64,000 nucleotides of DNA from Sedimentisphaerales bacterium. GTDB taxonomy: Bacteria > Planctomycetota > Phycisphaerae > Sedimentisphaerales > UBA12454. Where the stretch lies: positions 564,146-628,145 of the forward strand of contig JBEKRK010000002.1 of assembly GCA_049518795.1 (NCBI GenBank), written 5' to 3'. The position numbers and the translations under genes were made by a program. Below the pieces are notes generated by a model. It had not been told where the DNA came from. It worked only from the letters and a program-made list of their open reading frames with translations, and made no database searches. Below, in pieces: positions 28,675-38,001 of this stretch (positions within the stretch are counted from its first letter, which is position 1; the number at the start of each line of letters is the position of its first letter).

Positions 28675-30015
28675 TTAATTTTTGTTTTCTTCAAAAATAT
28701 ATTGCCCAATCTGCCCTAATTTTTCACGCCAATCAGGAAAAACCGAGATGAGATGCTCTTTGTCCGTTTTTTCGAGTTTATATGAAATTTTGCCGTGCAC
28801 TTCGCTTTTCAGAATTTGTCCGTTTTTATCAAAGTATGTTGCCTGCCTGCCTCCATCCATACCCAAAAATTGAATATCGACAGCAAAGGAGATGTTCGGG
28901 TCAGTGTATTGCTGTTTTCGGGCCTTGGCGATAACAGCAGGTATGACTCGCCCGTCCGAAAGAAGCGTATCAACCATAACGGAATTAAAATCGCTTTGCA
29001 AAAAACTTTCAATAAGGAAATCCATCAATATATCCGGTATTATTGTCGGCGCAGAAGTAAAAGTCTGCTCGATTTTTTCACTGCGGATAGTTAATTTGTC
29101 TTCTTTGTCCAGTTCAATGCTTGTGGTTGTCTGGCGGTTAATTAAAAGGTCGCTTTGCCGGCTGACCCATTTGAAACTTTGAAGGTTCGGCTCGCCTCTC
29201 AGCAGACTTTGTTCCGCAAAAGACTGGACGCCTACTTTGAGCAGATACAAATTAGCCGCTATGAGCGACCCCCCGGTAAATCGGGGCTTATCAGTTTTGA
29301 CGGCAATTGCATCGGTAGTGAAGCCGATAGGACTGTCGGTATAGTTTTGTATGAAAAAGAAGTTCTGCTGCTGTCTTTTCCTTATTAAATCAGCAAGGGT
29401 TTTATTTTTGAAGTCATTTATCAGCTTTTTTCCGTTAGCCAAAGGATTATCCGGCGTGAAAGTCGCCGAAGCGGTAAGAGACCTGAAGATTTTATCGACA
29501 AGGTTTACATCCCGCCCTTTTTGAGCTACTTCGAGCGATAACGTCCTGCCGTCAGGCAGCAGAGTTGTGGCGCTGAGCAGCAAAGTCGAGTTTTTAGAAG
29601 AGACAATCCTGGCATAATCAAAGGTGAGCTGCCCGAATTTTTCTGAACCGGTTTTTTCGATGTTTCCATCAATGTAGGCGGCTTGCTCCTCAAATCTTTC
29701 AGCGGTCGTTCTCTTGAAAGGCACAATAAAATACCGCCAGTTCACCTTCACGACGGCGTCATTGCTTATCTGCATAGCAGAGGACAGTCGAAATTCATTA
29801 TCATTATATTCGAAACCATCGGTAATCACCTGGAAACCGGCGCCGGTTGGAACAGAGACCGAAACGCCGCAGCCGCCAAGCATAACCGGTTTAGAGAGTT
29901 TAAAACTTCCTCGTGATGAGACTATCAATTTTGCGATTAGAAGACCTGCCAGCAGCAGAAGCAGAAACGCGACTTTGTCGAGACCGAAACGTCTTGTTTT
30001 TTCACTATCAATCAT
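28675..30015 (-). CDS. hypothetical membrane-anchored protein
   Basis: 446-aa ORF with an N-terminal TM helix (VAFLLLLLAGLLIAKLIV). Confidence 0.65.
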   Translation of the reverse strand: MIDSEKTRRFGLDKVAFLLLLLAGLLIAKLIVSSRGSFKLSKPVMLGGCGVSVSVPTGAGFQVITDGFEYNDNEFRLSSAMQISNDAVVKVNWRYFIVPFKRTTAERFEEQAAYIDGNIEKTGSEKFGQLTFDYARIVSSKNSTLLLSATTLLPDGRTLSLEVAQKGRDVNLVDKIFRSLTASATFTPDNPLANGKKLINDFKNKTLADLIRKRQQQNFFFIQNYTDSPIGFTTDAIAVKTDKPRFTGGSLIAANLYLLKVGVQSFAEQSLLRGEPNLQSFKWVSRQSDLLINRQTTTSIELDKEDKLTIRSEKIEQTFTSAPTIIPDILMDFLIESFLQSDFNSVMVDTLLSDGRVIPAVIAKARKQQYTDPNISFAVDIQFLGMDGGRQATYFDKNGQILKSEVHGKISYKLEKTDKEHLISVFPDWREKLGQIGQYIFEENKN

Positions 30016-30064
30016 TGTTTCCCTTTTTTTGTAGAGACCCGCCGAATAAATCGGCGAGCTAAAC

Positions 30065-30508
30065 CTATTTGTTTTCTTTTTCGAGACTATCAGGCAAAGT
30101 CATAATAAAATCCCTGATTTCATCACGTGTTTTTCTAAAAGCGTTCATAATTACTTCTTCATCGCCTATAAGGAATGTAGGGTCCGCAAAAGGTTTGTGT
30201 ATTAGCTTTCCCCTGTCATAAAAAACGGGACAGTTTTCCTTTGCATTGTCGCAGAGCGTAATCACATAATCAAAATCTATTCCGACAAGGTCGTTAATGT
30301 GTTTTGAAAATTGTTCGGAAATATCGACATCTGCCTCAGCCATTACCTTGACGGTTCTTGCGTTCAAACCAGCAGGAGCAATGCCGGCAGAGAAGGCTTC
30401 TATACAATCGCTTTTAAGCTTTCTTGCCCAGCCTTCGGCCATCTGGCTTCGGCAGGCATTACCGGTGCATAAGAATAATATTTTTAATTTTTCTTTTTTT
30501 ACAGCCAC
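30065..30508 (-). CDS. arsC: arsenate reductase, LMW-PTP/thioredoxin-coupled type
   Basis: ILFLCTGNACRSQMAEGW P-loop. Start placed at in-frame GTG 30508, because the 34 upstream codons of the track ORF are encoded by the family-3 repeat. Confidence 0.8.
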   Translation of the reverse strand: MAVKKEKLKILFLCTGNACRSQMAEGWARKLKSDCIEAFSAGIAPAGLNARTVKVMAEADVDISEQFSKHINDLVGIDFDYVITLCDNAKENCPVFYDRGKLIHKPFADPTFLIGDEEVIMNAFRKTRDEIRDFIMTLPDSLEKENK

Positions 30509-30641
30509 AAAGACACCAAGACACAAAGTTTTATATAATAACATAAAGATACCAAGACACAAATTTTTTAATATATCAATTTTTCTTAGTGCCTTCGCCT
30601 GTCCCGCCATAGCCTTTGGCGACGGCGGATGTCTTAGTGGC
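30504..30641. repeat. enlarged/nested family-3 hairpin repeat
   Basis: Left arm gccacaaagacaccaagacacaaag, plus an extra partial arm. The right arm cttagtgccttcgcc...gtcttagtggc is interrupted by a cccgcc...ggcgacggcgg insert. Confidence 0.75.
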
Positions 30642-31998
30642 TATAAATTGCGGTGGATTTTCCAGCCAGAAAACCGCTGGAAAATGCGAATTGCAGATTG
30701 TAACCCCCACAGGGGCCGTCAACATCAATTACTTCTCCTGCAAAAAACAGGCCGCTGCACAATTTCGACTGCATAGTTTCGGAGTCAATCTGTGTGATAT
30801 CAATGCCGCCTCTTGTTACTGTTGCCTTTTCTATTGATTCGGTTGAAGTAATGGTAAGCCCGAGATTTTTCAGTTTGCCGACAAGTAATCTCCTGGTTTG
30901 TTTGTCTATTTGACCTGCCCCAATTTGCCCCAGCCGACCCACCAAAGGGCGAGGTCTCGCCGAAGGCGGATTTATAAGGCATATCTGCTGGGCAGCCGCT
31001 TTAGGCAAAAATTGGGACAGAACAGAAACAACATTTTGTTTGGCATTCTGGGCAAAATAATCGGCAAGTTTTTTATCGAGCTCCTGTGAGTCTATAGCGG
31101 GCAGCAAGTCAATTGAGATTTCGATTTTATTCTTATTGAGTTTATCGGTTATGAATCGACTCAAATCAAAGACGGCAGGGCCGCCGATGCCTTTATGAGT
31201 GAAAATCATCGGGCCGGATGCAGAGATTTTTTTGTTTTCAATTTTACAGCTTATCTCGACATTTGTTATTCCTACACCTGCTAAAGATGAGCAAAACTTT
31301 TCAGCAGTTACAAGCGGAACAACGCAGGCCTTCGGCTCAATGATTTTATGTCCGAAGTCCTGGGCGAATCTGAAGCCGTCGCCGGTTGAGCCAGTCTGCG
31401 GCCAGCTTACGCCGCCGGTGGCAATTATCACAGATTTTGCCTCAATGTTAAATTTTTTGGACGACACTATGAACAAATCTTTCTCTTTTTTAACGGATTG
31501 AACTTTTTTACCGTAAAAAATTTGTATTGTAGGGGCAGACCTATGTGTTTGCTCAAAGGGTGAATACGCAGGTTCGCCCCTACAGTATTTTTTAATCTCA
31601 TCAAGCAGTATTCGTTTGACATCGCTTGAACGCTGGGTTTTTGGAAATACGCAGCCGTCGGCTTCTTCAATTGTTTCAAGGCCGCGGCGGCGGAAAAATT
31701 CTCTTAAACTCTGCGGCGGGAATTCATAAATGCAGTGGCGGACAAATTTGTCAAAAGGTTTGAATGCCCTGATAAATTCGTCAATTGTGCCGGTATGGGT
31801 CAGGTTGCATCTGCCTCGGCCGGTAAGCAGAAGTTTCCTGCCGGCAGTTGTGTTCGACTCGATAACAACAATTTTCGTAGGGGCAGACCTGCGTGTCTGC
31901 GCCGGGCGAACACATAGGTTCGCCCCTACATCCGCTGCGGCAGAAGCAGCCATCATGCCAGCCGGACCGGCGCCAATTATGCAAATGTCAGATTCCAT
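30634..31998 (-). CDS. HI0933-family NAD(P)/FAD-dependent oxidoreductase carrying three repeat-derived insertions
   Basis: [14 protein letters not shown] dinucleotide fold, GRKLLLTGRGRCNLTH, C-terminal GGYNLQFAFSSG. Start set at ATG 31998 (MESDICIIGAG); the track ORF begins at 32148. Confidence 0.8.
   Translation of the reverse strand: MESDICIIGAGPAGMMAASAAADVGANLCVRPAQTRRSAPTKIVVIESNTTAGRKLLLTGRGRCNLTHTGTIDEFIRAFKPFDKFVRHCIYEFPPQSLREFFRRRGLETIEEADGCVFPKTQRSSDVKRILLDEIKKYCRGEPAYSPFEQTHRSAPTIQIFYGKKVQSVKKEKDLFIVSSKKFNIEAKSVIIATGGVSWPQTGSTGDGFRFAQDFGHKIIEPKACVVPLVTAEKFCSSLAGVGITNVEISCKIENKKISASGPMIFTHKGIGGPAVFDLSRFITDKLNKNKIEISIDLLPAIDSQELDKKLADYFAQNAKQNVVSVLSQFLPKAAAQQICLINPPSARPRPLVGRLGQIGAGQIDKQTRRLLVGKLKNLGLTITSTESIEKATVTRGGIDITQIDSETMQSKLCSGLFFAGEVIDVDGPCGGYNLQFAFSSGFLAGKSTAIYSH
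30938..30969. repeat. family-1 palindromic repeat, intragenic
   Basis: cccaccaaagggcgaggtctcgccgaaggcgg, translated on the minus strand as PPSARPRPLVG. Confidence 0.8.
31529..31583. repeat. family-2 palindromic repeat (GTAGGGGCrrACC...GGTTCGCCCCTAC), intragenic
   Basis: gtaggggcagacctatgtgtttgctcaaagggtgaatacgcaggttcgcccctac, translated as RGEPAYSPFEQTHRSAPT. Confidence 0.8.
31878..31929. repeat. family-2 palindromic repeat, intragenic
   Basis: gtaggggcagacctgcgtgtctgcgccgggcgaacacataggttcgcccctac, translated as VGANLCVRPAQTRRSAPT. Confidence 0.8.
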
Positions 31999-32050
31999 TA
32001 TAATACCTTTGAAAAATCGGGAGTTTAGATTAACATAGTCAGCCTTAAAA

Positions 32051-33493
32051 ATGAAAAATAATTCTGAAAAAATTACAGTAAATGAAGGCGGGCCAAGAGA
32101 AGTTCTGAAAATTGCATTTCCGCTGATTTTAAGCACTTCAGCATACACTCTGCAGCTATTTGTGGACAGGGTATTTCTGATGTGGTATGACCGCGACGCT
32201 ATGTCGGCGGCGTTTCAGGGTGGGATGCTAAACTTTGTATTTTTCAGTTTTTTCCTCGGCACTGCCACCTATGCGAATACATTTGTCTCACAATATGACG
32301 GCGCCAATATGAAAAAACGTATTGGGCCGGCTGTCTGGCAAAGCGTCTATTTTTCAATTTTTGCCGGACTTATTATGGCGAGTATCGCTTTTTTCAGCAG
32401 ACAGATTATCGCTCTTGTCGGGCATCCGCCCAAAATCGCCGGTTTCGAGCTTATATATTTCAAAATCCTGTTGATTGGTTCGATGTCGGGACTGGTTAAC
32501 GCTTCGCTTTCCTGCTTTCTTACCGGCAGGGGGAAAACCTGGACTGTTTTCTGGGTCGATATTTCAGGCACAATAGTGAACATTGTGCTGGATTACGTAA
32601 TGATTTTCGGCAAATTCGGTTTTCCAGAATGGGGCGTCGGCGGCGCTGCGATAGCAACTGTTATCTCGAATACAACCGGCTGCGTAATTTATTTTATCAT
32701 ATTTTTACTGTCGGAAAACCGTAAAAATTTCGGCACAGCAATTTTCAAACCCGATACAAAACTTTTCGGCGGATTAATGAAATTCGGACTTCCCAGCGGT
32801 ATGCAGTTTATGTTAGACATATTAGGCTTTACGATATTTGTGATTTTCATCGGCAGAATCGACCCTGTGTCATTCGCGGCCTCGTCGATGGCGCTTAATA
32901 TTAATACTCTGGCGTTTATGCCGATGATAGGCTTTGGAATGGCAACAACCGTTCTCGTCGGCAGGGCATTGGGGGCGGATAAACCGCAAATTGCTCAAAA
33001 AGCCACTATATCGGCAGCTTATATTACATTTGCGTATATGACTGTTGTGGCGGTTGGATACTGGTTTTTGCCGCAGGTTTTTATGATTCCTTATAAGCTT
33101 CAGGCTTCCGCAGAACAGTTCGAGGCGCTCAAGCCGATTGTCGCCAGATTGCTTTGTTTTGTCGCTTTTTACTCTTTGTTCGATACTGGAAATATTATTT
33201 TTGCAGGCGCCCTTAAAGGAGCGGGAGATACGAGATTTGTTATGTGGATTTCTATTTTCTGCAACTGGTTACTAATGGTTGTGCCAAGCTGGGCTTCTGT
33301 AACATTTTTGCAGGGCAGAGCGAGGCTTTACGGTGCCTGGTTAGGATTAACATCTTATGTCTGCGTCCTGGCGATACTATTCTTTTTGCGTTTCCTTGCG
33401 GGCAAATGGAAAACAATGCGGGTGATAGAAAAAGCTCCGGTTCTGCCGGGCAAAGTTCAAACCCTGCCGACCGCCGGCATAGAATCAGTTTAA
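32051..33493 (+). CDS. MATE family efflux transporter
   Basis: 480 aa, about 12 TM segments, N-terminal PLILSTSAYTLQLFVDRVFL typical of MatE. Confidence 0.8.
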   Translation: MKNNSEKITVNEGGPREVLKIAFPLILSTSAYTLQLFVDRVFLMWYDRDAMSAAFQGGMLNFVFFSFFLGTATYANTFVSQYDGANMKKRIGPAVWQSVYFSIFAGLIMASIAFFSRQIIALVGHPPKIAGFELIYFKILLIGSMSGLVNASLSCFLTGRGKTWTVFWVDISGTIVNIVLDYVMIFGKFGFPEWGVGGAAIATVISNTTGCVIYFIIFLLSENRKNFGTAIFKPDTKLFGGLMKFGLPSGMQFMLDILGFTIFVIFIGRIDPVSFAASSMALNINTLAFMPMIGFGMATTVLVGRALGADKPQIAQKATISAAYITFAYMTVVAVGYWFLPQVFMIPYKLQASAEQFEALKPIVARLLCFVAFYSLFDTGNIIFAGALKGAGDTRFVMWISIFCNWLLMVVPSWASVTFLQGRARLYGAWLGLTSYVCVLAILFFLRFLAGKWKTMRVIEKAPVLPGKVQTLPTAGIESV

Positions 33494-33503
33494 ATTAAAA
33501 ATT

Positions 33504-35153
33504 TTATGTGAATTCGATGTGGGTTTTGAATTTTTTGTCGTCTATTTGCGGGAAATCGCTGCGGAAATGAACGCCCCTGCTTTCTGTCCGGACTTCTGCT
33601 GCTTTTGCCATCATCAGGCAGACAGTCAGCATATTCTGACATTCCCAGCCGAGCGGGGAATCAAAAACCTTGTCTAAAACATACCGCTGCCAGAAACTGA
33701 TAATTTCCTGAGCCTCGGCAAGCGGCTTCGCAGAACGGGTTATACCGACGTTTCGCCACATAAGCGACCTGAGAGAATTAAGCACGTCAGAAGTATCAAG
33801 CCTGCTTCTGTCGGATTTCAGAACATCGTATTTAAACTTTCTTAAACCTGTTGCGCCATTGGTTTGACTGCTTTTCTGTGAGGCCAATCGACCTGCGATT
33901 CTGCCAAAGACCAGACCTTCCAGAAGCGAATTGCTGCCAAGCCGATTTGCGCCGTGCAGGCCGGTCGAGGCGACCTCGCCGCAGGCAAGAAGGTTCGGGA
34001 TATTTGTTCTTGCCTGGCCGTCTATTTTTACGCCGCCGACCATATAATGAGCGCTGGGGCGAACCGGTATCAGGTCTTTGCTTACGTCAATATCAAAACT
34101 TTCTACAAGTTCGCTGATAAGCGGAAATCGCTTTGCAAAATAATTTTTGTCAAGATGACGAATATCCAGAAAAACGTGTGTGGCATCCGTTTTGAGCATT
34201 TGAGACAGGATTGCTCTGCTTACAATATCGCGTGGAGCAAGCTCGGCGTCTTTGTGATATTCTGCCATAAAAGGATGATGATTAATGTCGCGCAGAATAG
34301 CGCCTTCGCCGCGAAGTGTCTCGGTAATCAATGCTCGCGATGCGCCTGCGATATAAAGCGTTGTTGGATGAAACTGCATAAATTCCATATCGCGCAAAAC
34401 GGCGCCTGCACGAGCGGCTATCGCAAGACCATCGGCTGTTGCGACTTCGGGATTTGTTGTCTCGCGGTAAAGCCTTCCCGCTCCGCCTGTGGCGAGAATT
34501 GTAGTTTTAGCCCAGATAATTTCCGGAGTTCCCTTTTGAGTTTGACCGAGGACGCCGAGGCAGGCGTCATCTTCATTTGTAATAAGGTCAATTACGTAGT
34601 AATTTTCGACAAAGGTTATATTATCAAACTGTCTTGCTTTGTTTAAAAGAGCCTGTGCGATTGCTCTGCCGGTATTATCTCCGAGAGCATGAGCGATTCG
34701 TGCGTGGCTGTGGCCGCCTTCGAATGTGATTGAGATTGAGCCGTCCTTTTGTCTGTCGAATTCAGCGCCCCAGTCAAGCAGCTCCTTTACAAGTCCGGGT
34801 CCGTCTTTTACAACCCGTTCAACAGTTTCTTTGTTGCATATACCGCAGCCGATTGTCAGGGTGTCTTCTATGTGCGAAGCGAAAGTATCATCACTGCCGA
34901 GCACCGAAGCGATTCCGCCCTGGGCGTTGAAGGTATTGCTGTCTTCGAGAGTTTTTTTGCAGACCAGCACGACTTCGCAGCCGTTTGTTGCTGCTTCAAT
35001 TGCCGCTCGAAGTCCCGCAACGCCGGAGCCGATTATCAGACAATCTGTAAATAGCTGCTGAGTGGCGGCTGTGTTTATCGGCACAAGATAACGGCGTAAA
35101 TCAGGCCGTTTCAGAACTATCGATTTGTCATTCATTTTTTTATTTTCGTCCAA
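33504..35153 (-). CDS. nadB: L-aspartate oxidase
   Basis: DCLIIGSGVAGLRAA FAD fold, HYMVGGV, GLHGANRLGSNSLLE, RGVHFR. An alternative start at ATG 35135 (MNDKS) would give an ATGA overlap with the bioD stop. Confidence 0.9.
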   Translation of the reverse strand: MDENKKMNDKSIVLKRPDLRRYLVPINTAATQQLFTDCLIIGSGVAGLRAAIEAATNGCEVVLVCKKTLEDSNTFNAQGGIASVLGSDDTFASHIEDTLTIGCGICNKETVERVVKDGPGLVKELLDWGAEFDRQKDGSISITFEGGHSHARIAHALGDNTGRAIAQALLNKARQFDNITFVENYYVIDLITNEDDACLGVLGQTQKGTPEIIWAKTTILATGGAGRLYRETTNPEVATADGLAIAARAGAVLRDMEFMQFHPTTLYIAGASRALITETLRGEGAILRDINHHPFMAEYHKDAELAPRDIVSRAILSQMLKTDATHVFLDIRHLDKNYFAKRFPLISELVESFDIDVSKDLIPVRPSAHYMVGGVKIDGQARTNIPNLLACGEVASTGLHGANRLGSNSLLEGLVFGRIAGRLASQKSSQTNGATGLRKFKYDVLKSDRSRLDTSDVLNSLRSLMWRNVGITRSAKPLAEAQEIISFWQRYVLDKVFDSPLGWECQNMLTVCLMMAKAAEVRTESRGVHFRSDFPQIDDKKFKTHIEFT

Positions 35154-35863
35154 TCAATTTTTTGCAGGGCTTTTAAAACCTTTTGGCCGATTATGAATTT
35201 TTTCATATTCGTCTTATCGTCAAAAGGCACAACGGCTATAATTTTTACCCTGCCCAGCTTTTTTATAATTTCAGCGTTAGTTTTTTCCGCAACGTCTTTA
35301 GTTTTCTCATCATAACCGTTAATTATTACCCCTGCAAGCAAAAGTCCTGCCCGCCGAACAGCGCCAATAGTTAAAAGTGTGTGATTTATTGTGCCAAGTT
35401 TCGACCTTGCGACGATTACAACGGGTAAATTAAAGGCTTTTGCAAGACTTAACACATTAACATTTTTTGTTATCGGCACTTTTATTCCGCCGATGCCTTC
35501 GATGATGACAAAATCACTTTTTTGACAGATTTGTTTATAGGCAGCGGCAATTTTTCTAAGGTCAACTTTTTTATTTTCCGCTTTTTCGCAGGCAAACGGT
35601 GCAGCAGGAACTTTAAAGGCAACTGGATTGATTATATCAAGAGCAAATTCGCTCTTGGCACAATGAGCCAAAAACTTTGCATCTTCGCTTATAAGTCTTT
35701 GTTTTATTTTTTTGCAGCCGGATGCGACAGGTTTAAATACACCAATATTTTCGCCTTTTTGTAAAAGAATTTTTGTAATCGCCCCGGCAATAAGTGTTTT
35801 TCCGACGCCGGTATCAGTGCCGGTGATAAATAATCCATTGCGTTTCGTGAAAATTAATTCCAT
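35132..35863 (-). CDS. bioD: dethiobiotin synthase
   Basis: LFITGTDTGVGKT P-loop and IIEGIGG motif. Confidence 0.85.
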   Translation of the reverse strand: MELIFTKRNGLFITGTDTGVGKTLIAGAITKILLQKGENIGVFKPVASGCKKIKQRLISEDAKFLAHCAKSEFALDIINPVAFKVPAAPFACEKAENKKVDLRKIAAAYKQICQKSDFVIIEGIGGIKVPITKNVNVLSLAKAFNLPVVIVARSKLGTINHTLLTIGAVRRAGLLLAGVIINGYDEKTKDVAEKTNAEIIKKLGRVKIIAVVPFDDKTNMKKFIIGQKVLKALQKIDWTKIKK

Positions 35864-35881
35864 TTTATAGGAAGATGTTTT

Positions 35882-36274
35882 TTAAGAAGATAATACGATT
35901 GAAGCAATCTTTTCTATAAGTTCAGCAGCCTGTTCAATATCATTTTCTGTTGATTCGTTCTCAAATTCGTCCCAACTGCCATAATCGCTTTCCATTCGAT
36001 TATCAAAAATGCCTGAGTAAAATTTCCCCATTGCAACAGGTATTATGCCCGGTTTGATGAAATGTTTATTAAATAACGACATTACTCCGCTATGCTTACT
36101 GCTTGAAAGGTCTTTGCTCAATAATAATGCCGTTATAGCATAAAAACAGGCGTAATATAAACGATTAGTGCAGCCGCGAGGATGGTTGGTTTTTAGCATA
36201 ATTTTTGCTTCATCGAGAGTCTCGTCAGCTCTCCTGAGCCAGTATTCAATAAGCTCTCTTTGGCCTTTTGTCAT
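35882..36274 (-). CDS. HEPN domain protein (toxin-like partner of the adjacent nucleotidyltransferase)
   Basis: 130 aa, with a RLYYACFYAITALL helix and an RMESDYG motif. 4-nt overlap with the upstream NTase gene. Confidence 0.75.
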   Translation of the reverse strand: MTKGQRELIEYWLRRADETLDEAKIMLKTNHPRGCTNRLYYACFYAITALLLSKDLSSSKHSGVMSLFNKHFIKPGIIPVAMGKFYSGIFDNRMESDYGSWDEFENESTENDIEQAAELIEKIASIVLSS

Positions 36275-36624
36275 CCTATTGCCACTCCGAAACGTTGAAT
36301 GTTATTATAAAGAGGTGTAGCTTTTGTAATTGGCATGTCCCATGTTGAAGTGCTTTTTATAATAGCACTGATAACAACATCATTTTTGAGGGAAATTTCA
36401 TATAATAAGTCTCGGATTTGTTTTTTCTTCTGTATAGTTAGTTCTTGGTCCAACAAAATCAGCAAATCAAGGTCGGACTCGGGACCAGCAGAACCTCTTG
36501 CGTAAGAACCATATAAAACCAGTTTTGCGCCTGTTTCAATTTCATTTAAAGCGGTTTGGCATTCGGACAAAATACTCAATATGTGGGGACTTAAATCTTT
36601 TTGTTTTTCTTTTAATCTATACAT
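36271..36624 (-). CDS. minimal nucleotidyltransferase (MNT) domain protein
   Basis: LYGSYARGSAGPESDLDLLIL (GSxxRG...DxD) motif. Confidence 0.8.
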   Translation of the reverse strand: MYRLKEKQKDLSPHILSILSECQTALNEIETGAKLVLYGSYARGSAGPESDLDLLILLDQELTIQKKKQIRDLLYEISLKNDVVISAIIKSTSTWDMPITKATPLYNNIQRFGVAIG

Positions 36625-36713
36625 AATGCACCTTTTAGTATCCGATTAGTATTATATCGGATTTTCATATTCAGGCAATAGATGTTTTGCAGGTGTAGTT
36701 GGCAATGCTTTCC

Positions 36714-36742
36714 TTGACATACTGTAAATAAAGTGCTTAAAT
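36714..36742 (+). promoter_or_regulatory. sigma-70-type promoter candidate (TTGACA-N17-TTAAAT)
   Basis: ttgaca at 36714-36719 and ttaaat at 36737-36742. It overlaps the GTG 36733 start of the track ORF, which argues for the downstream start. Confidence 0.4.
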
Positions 36743-36777
36743 ACTGCGAAAATTACATACAAATTGGGATTATTCTT

Positions 36778-38001
36778 TTGAATGTTTTAGTTTTTAATTG
36801 CGGCAGCTCTTCGCTTAATTACAAAGTCTTTGAATTAACCGATTCCAAAGATGATAAAGTTATATTGTCCGGCAAGGCTCACCGGATAGGAGTCATCGGC
36901 ACTGAATCGTCTTTTATCGAGCATAAGCTTGACGGCAAAAGTCTAAAGGTTACTGTTTCCCTTGAAAATCACAGTCAGGCTGCCAGCCTGATTATAAAAT
37001 ATATAAGAGAAGAGAGAAATATCGACATTGGTCTGATAGGACACCGGTTTGTCCATTCCGGCGGGTTTTTCGACAAATCCGCTTTTATCGACAGCAAGTC
37101 TCTGAAAAAACTGCGCCAATGCCTGCCTTTTGCGCCAATTCATAACCCGATTTCGCTAAATGTTATAGATGAGTCGATAAAAGCGTTTCCGCAGTTAAAG
37201 CAGTATGTTGCCTTTGACTCTGCCTTTCATTCCACTATTCCGCCCTGTGCATATACTTATCCGCTGCCGGAGAAAATCTTAAAAAAATTCAGGTTCAGGA
37301 AATACGGTTTTCACGGCCTGTCTTATCTGCATACAATGAGGGAAACTGCCCGTTTTTTGCAGACGACCCCTGAGAAATTAAAAATTGTCGCTTGTCATCT
37401 TGGAACAGGCGGCTCAAGCGTAGCCGCGATAAAAAATGGACGGTCAATTGATACATCTATGGGGTTTTCTCCGCTTACAGGTCTTGCGATGAGCACTCGC
37501 TGCGGAGATATTGACCCGATGCTGACAATATATCTGATGAGTGTTTATGGCTATCGCGCCGATGAAATGCAGGATGTGCTTGAAAGAAAAAGCGGCCTTT
37601 TGGGCGTTTCGGGCTTTTCAAGCGATATCCGGGACATAATAAATTTTACTTCCAAAGGAGAAAAAGAGCAGGCTGAACTGGCGTTGAATATGTATGTCCA
37701 CCGGATTAAAAAATATATCGGCGGCTATGTGGTAATAATGGGCGGGATAGATGCACTTGTGTTTACCGACGATATCGGCGTAACTAATTGGCTGGTAAGA
37801 GAAAAGATATGCAATAATATGGATTGGTGCGGCGTTAATCTGGATGGAGAAATGAACCGCAAAACAGAGAACGCCAAAATTTGCCGGATTAACAAAAAAG
37901 ACTCTAAGACAAGTATTCTTTCCATACCGCCGGATGAAGAACGAATTATTTTTCTGGAAGGAGTCAAATTACTTGAAATGTTGAAAGAGAAAAGCCGATG
38001 A
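36778..38001 (+). CDS. ackA: acetate (short-chain acyl) kinase
   Basis: NVLVFNCGSSSLNYKVF, HRFVHSGG, APIHNP, FDSAFH, RKYGFHGLSY, DTSMGFSPLTGLAMSTRCGDIDP. Start tentatively at in-frame TTG 36778; the track ORF begins at GTG 36733. Confidence 0.8.
   Translation: MNVLVFNCGSSSLNYKVFELTDSKDDKVILSGKAHRIGVIGTESSFIEHKLDGKSLKVTVSLENHSQAASLIIKYIREERNIDIGLIGHRFVHSGGFFDKSAFIDSKSLKKLRQCLPFAPIHNPISLNVIDESIKAFPQLKQYVAFDSAFHSTIPPCAYTYPLPEKILKKFRFRKYGFHGLSYLHTMRETARFLQTTPEKLKIVACHLGTGGSSVAAIKNGRSIDTSMGFSPLTGLAMSTRCGDIDPMLTIYLMSVYGYRADEMQDVLERKSGLLGVSGFSSDIRDIINFTSKGEKEQAELALNMYVHRIKKYIGGYVVIMGGIDALVFTDDIGVTNWLVREKICNNMDWCGVNLDGEMNRKTENAKICRINKKDSKTSILSIPPDEERIIFLEGVKLLEMLKEKSR

Noticed and set aside
30509-32148. 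N-terminal extensions in the track ORFs of arsC (to 30610) and the flavoprotein (to 32148). Similar extensions occur for pcm (41810), tyrS (20255), the LamG protein (58253) and the TerS-like gene (56243).
   Set aside because: The extensions are encoded by repeat or intergenic sequence and precede the conserved N-terminal motifs. Better SD-ATG/GTG starts lie downstream.
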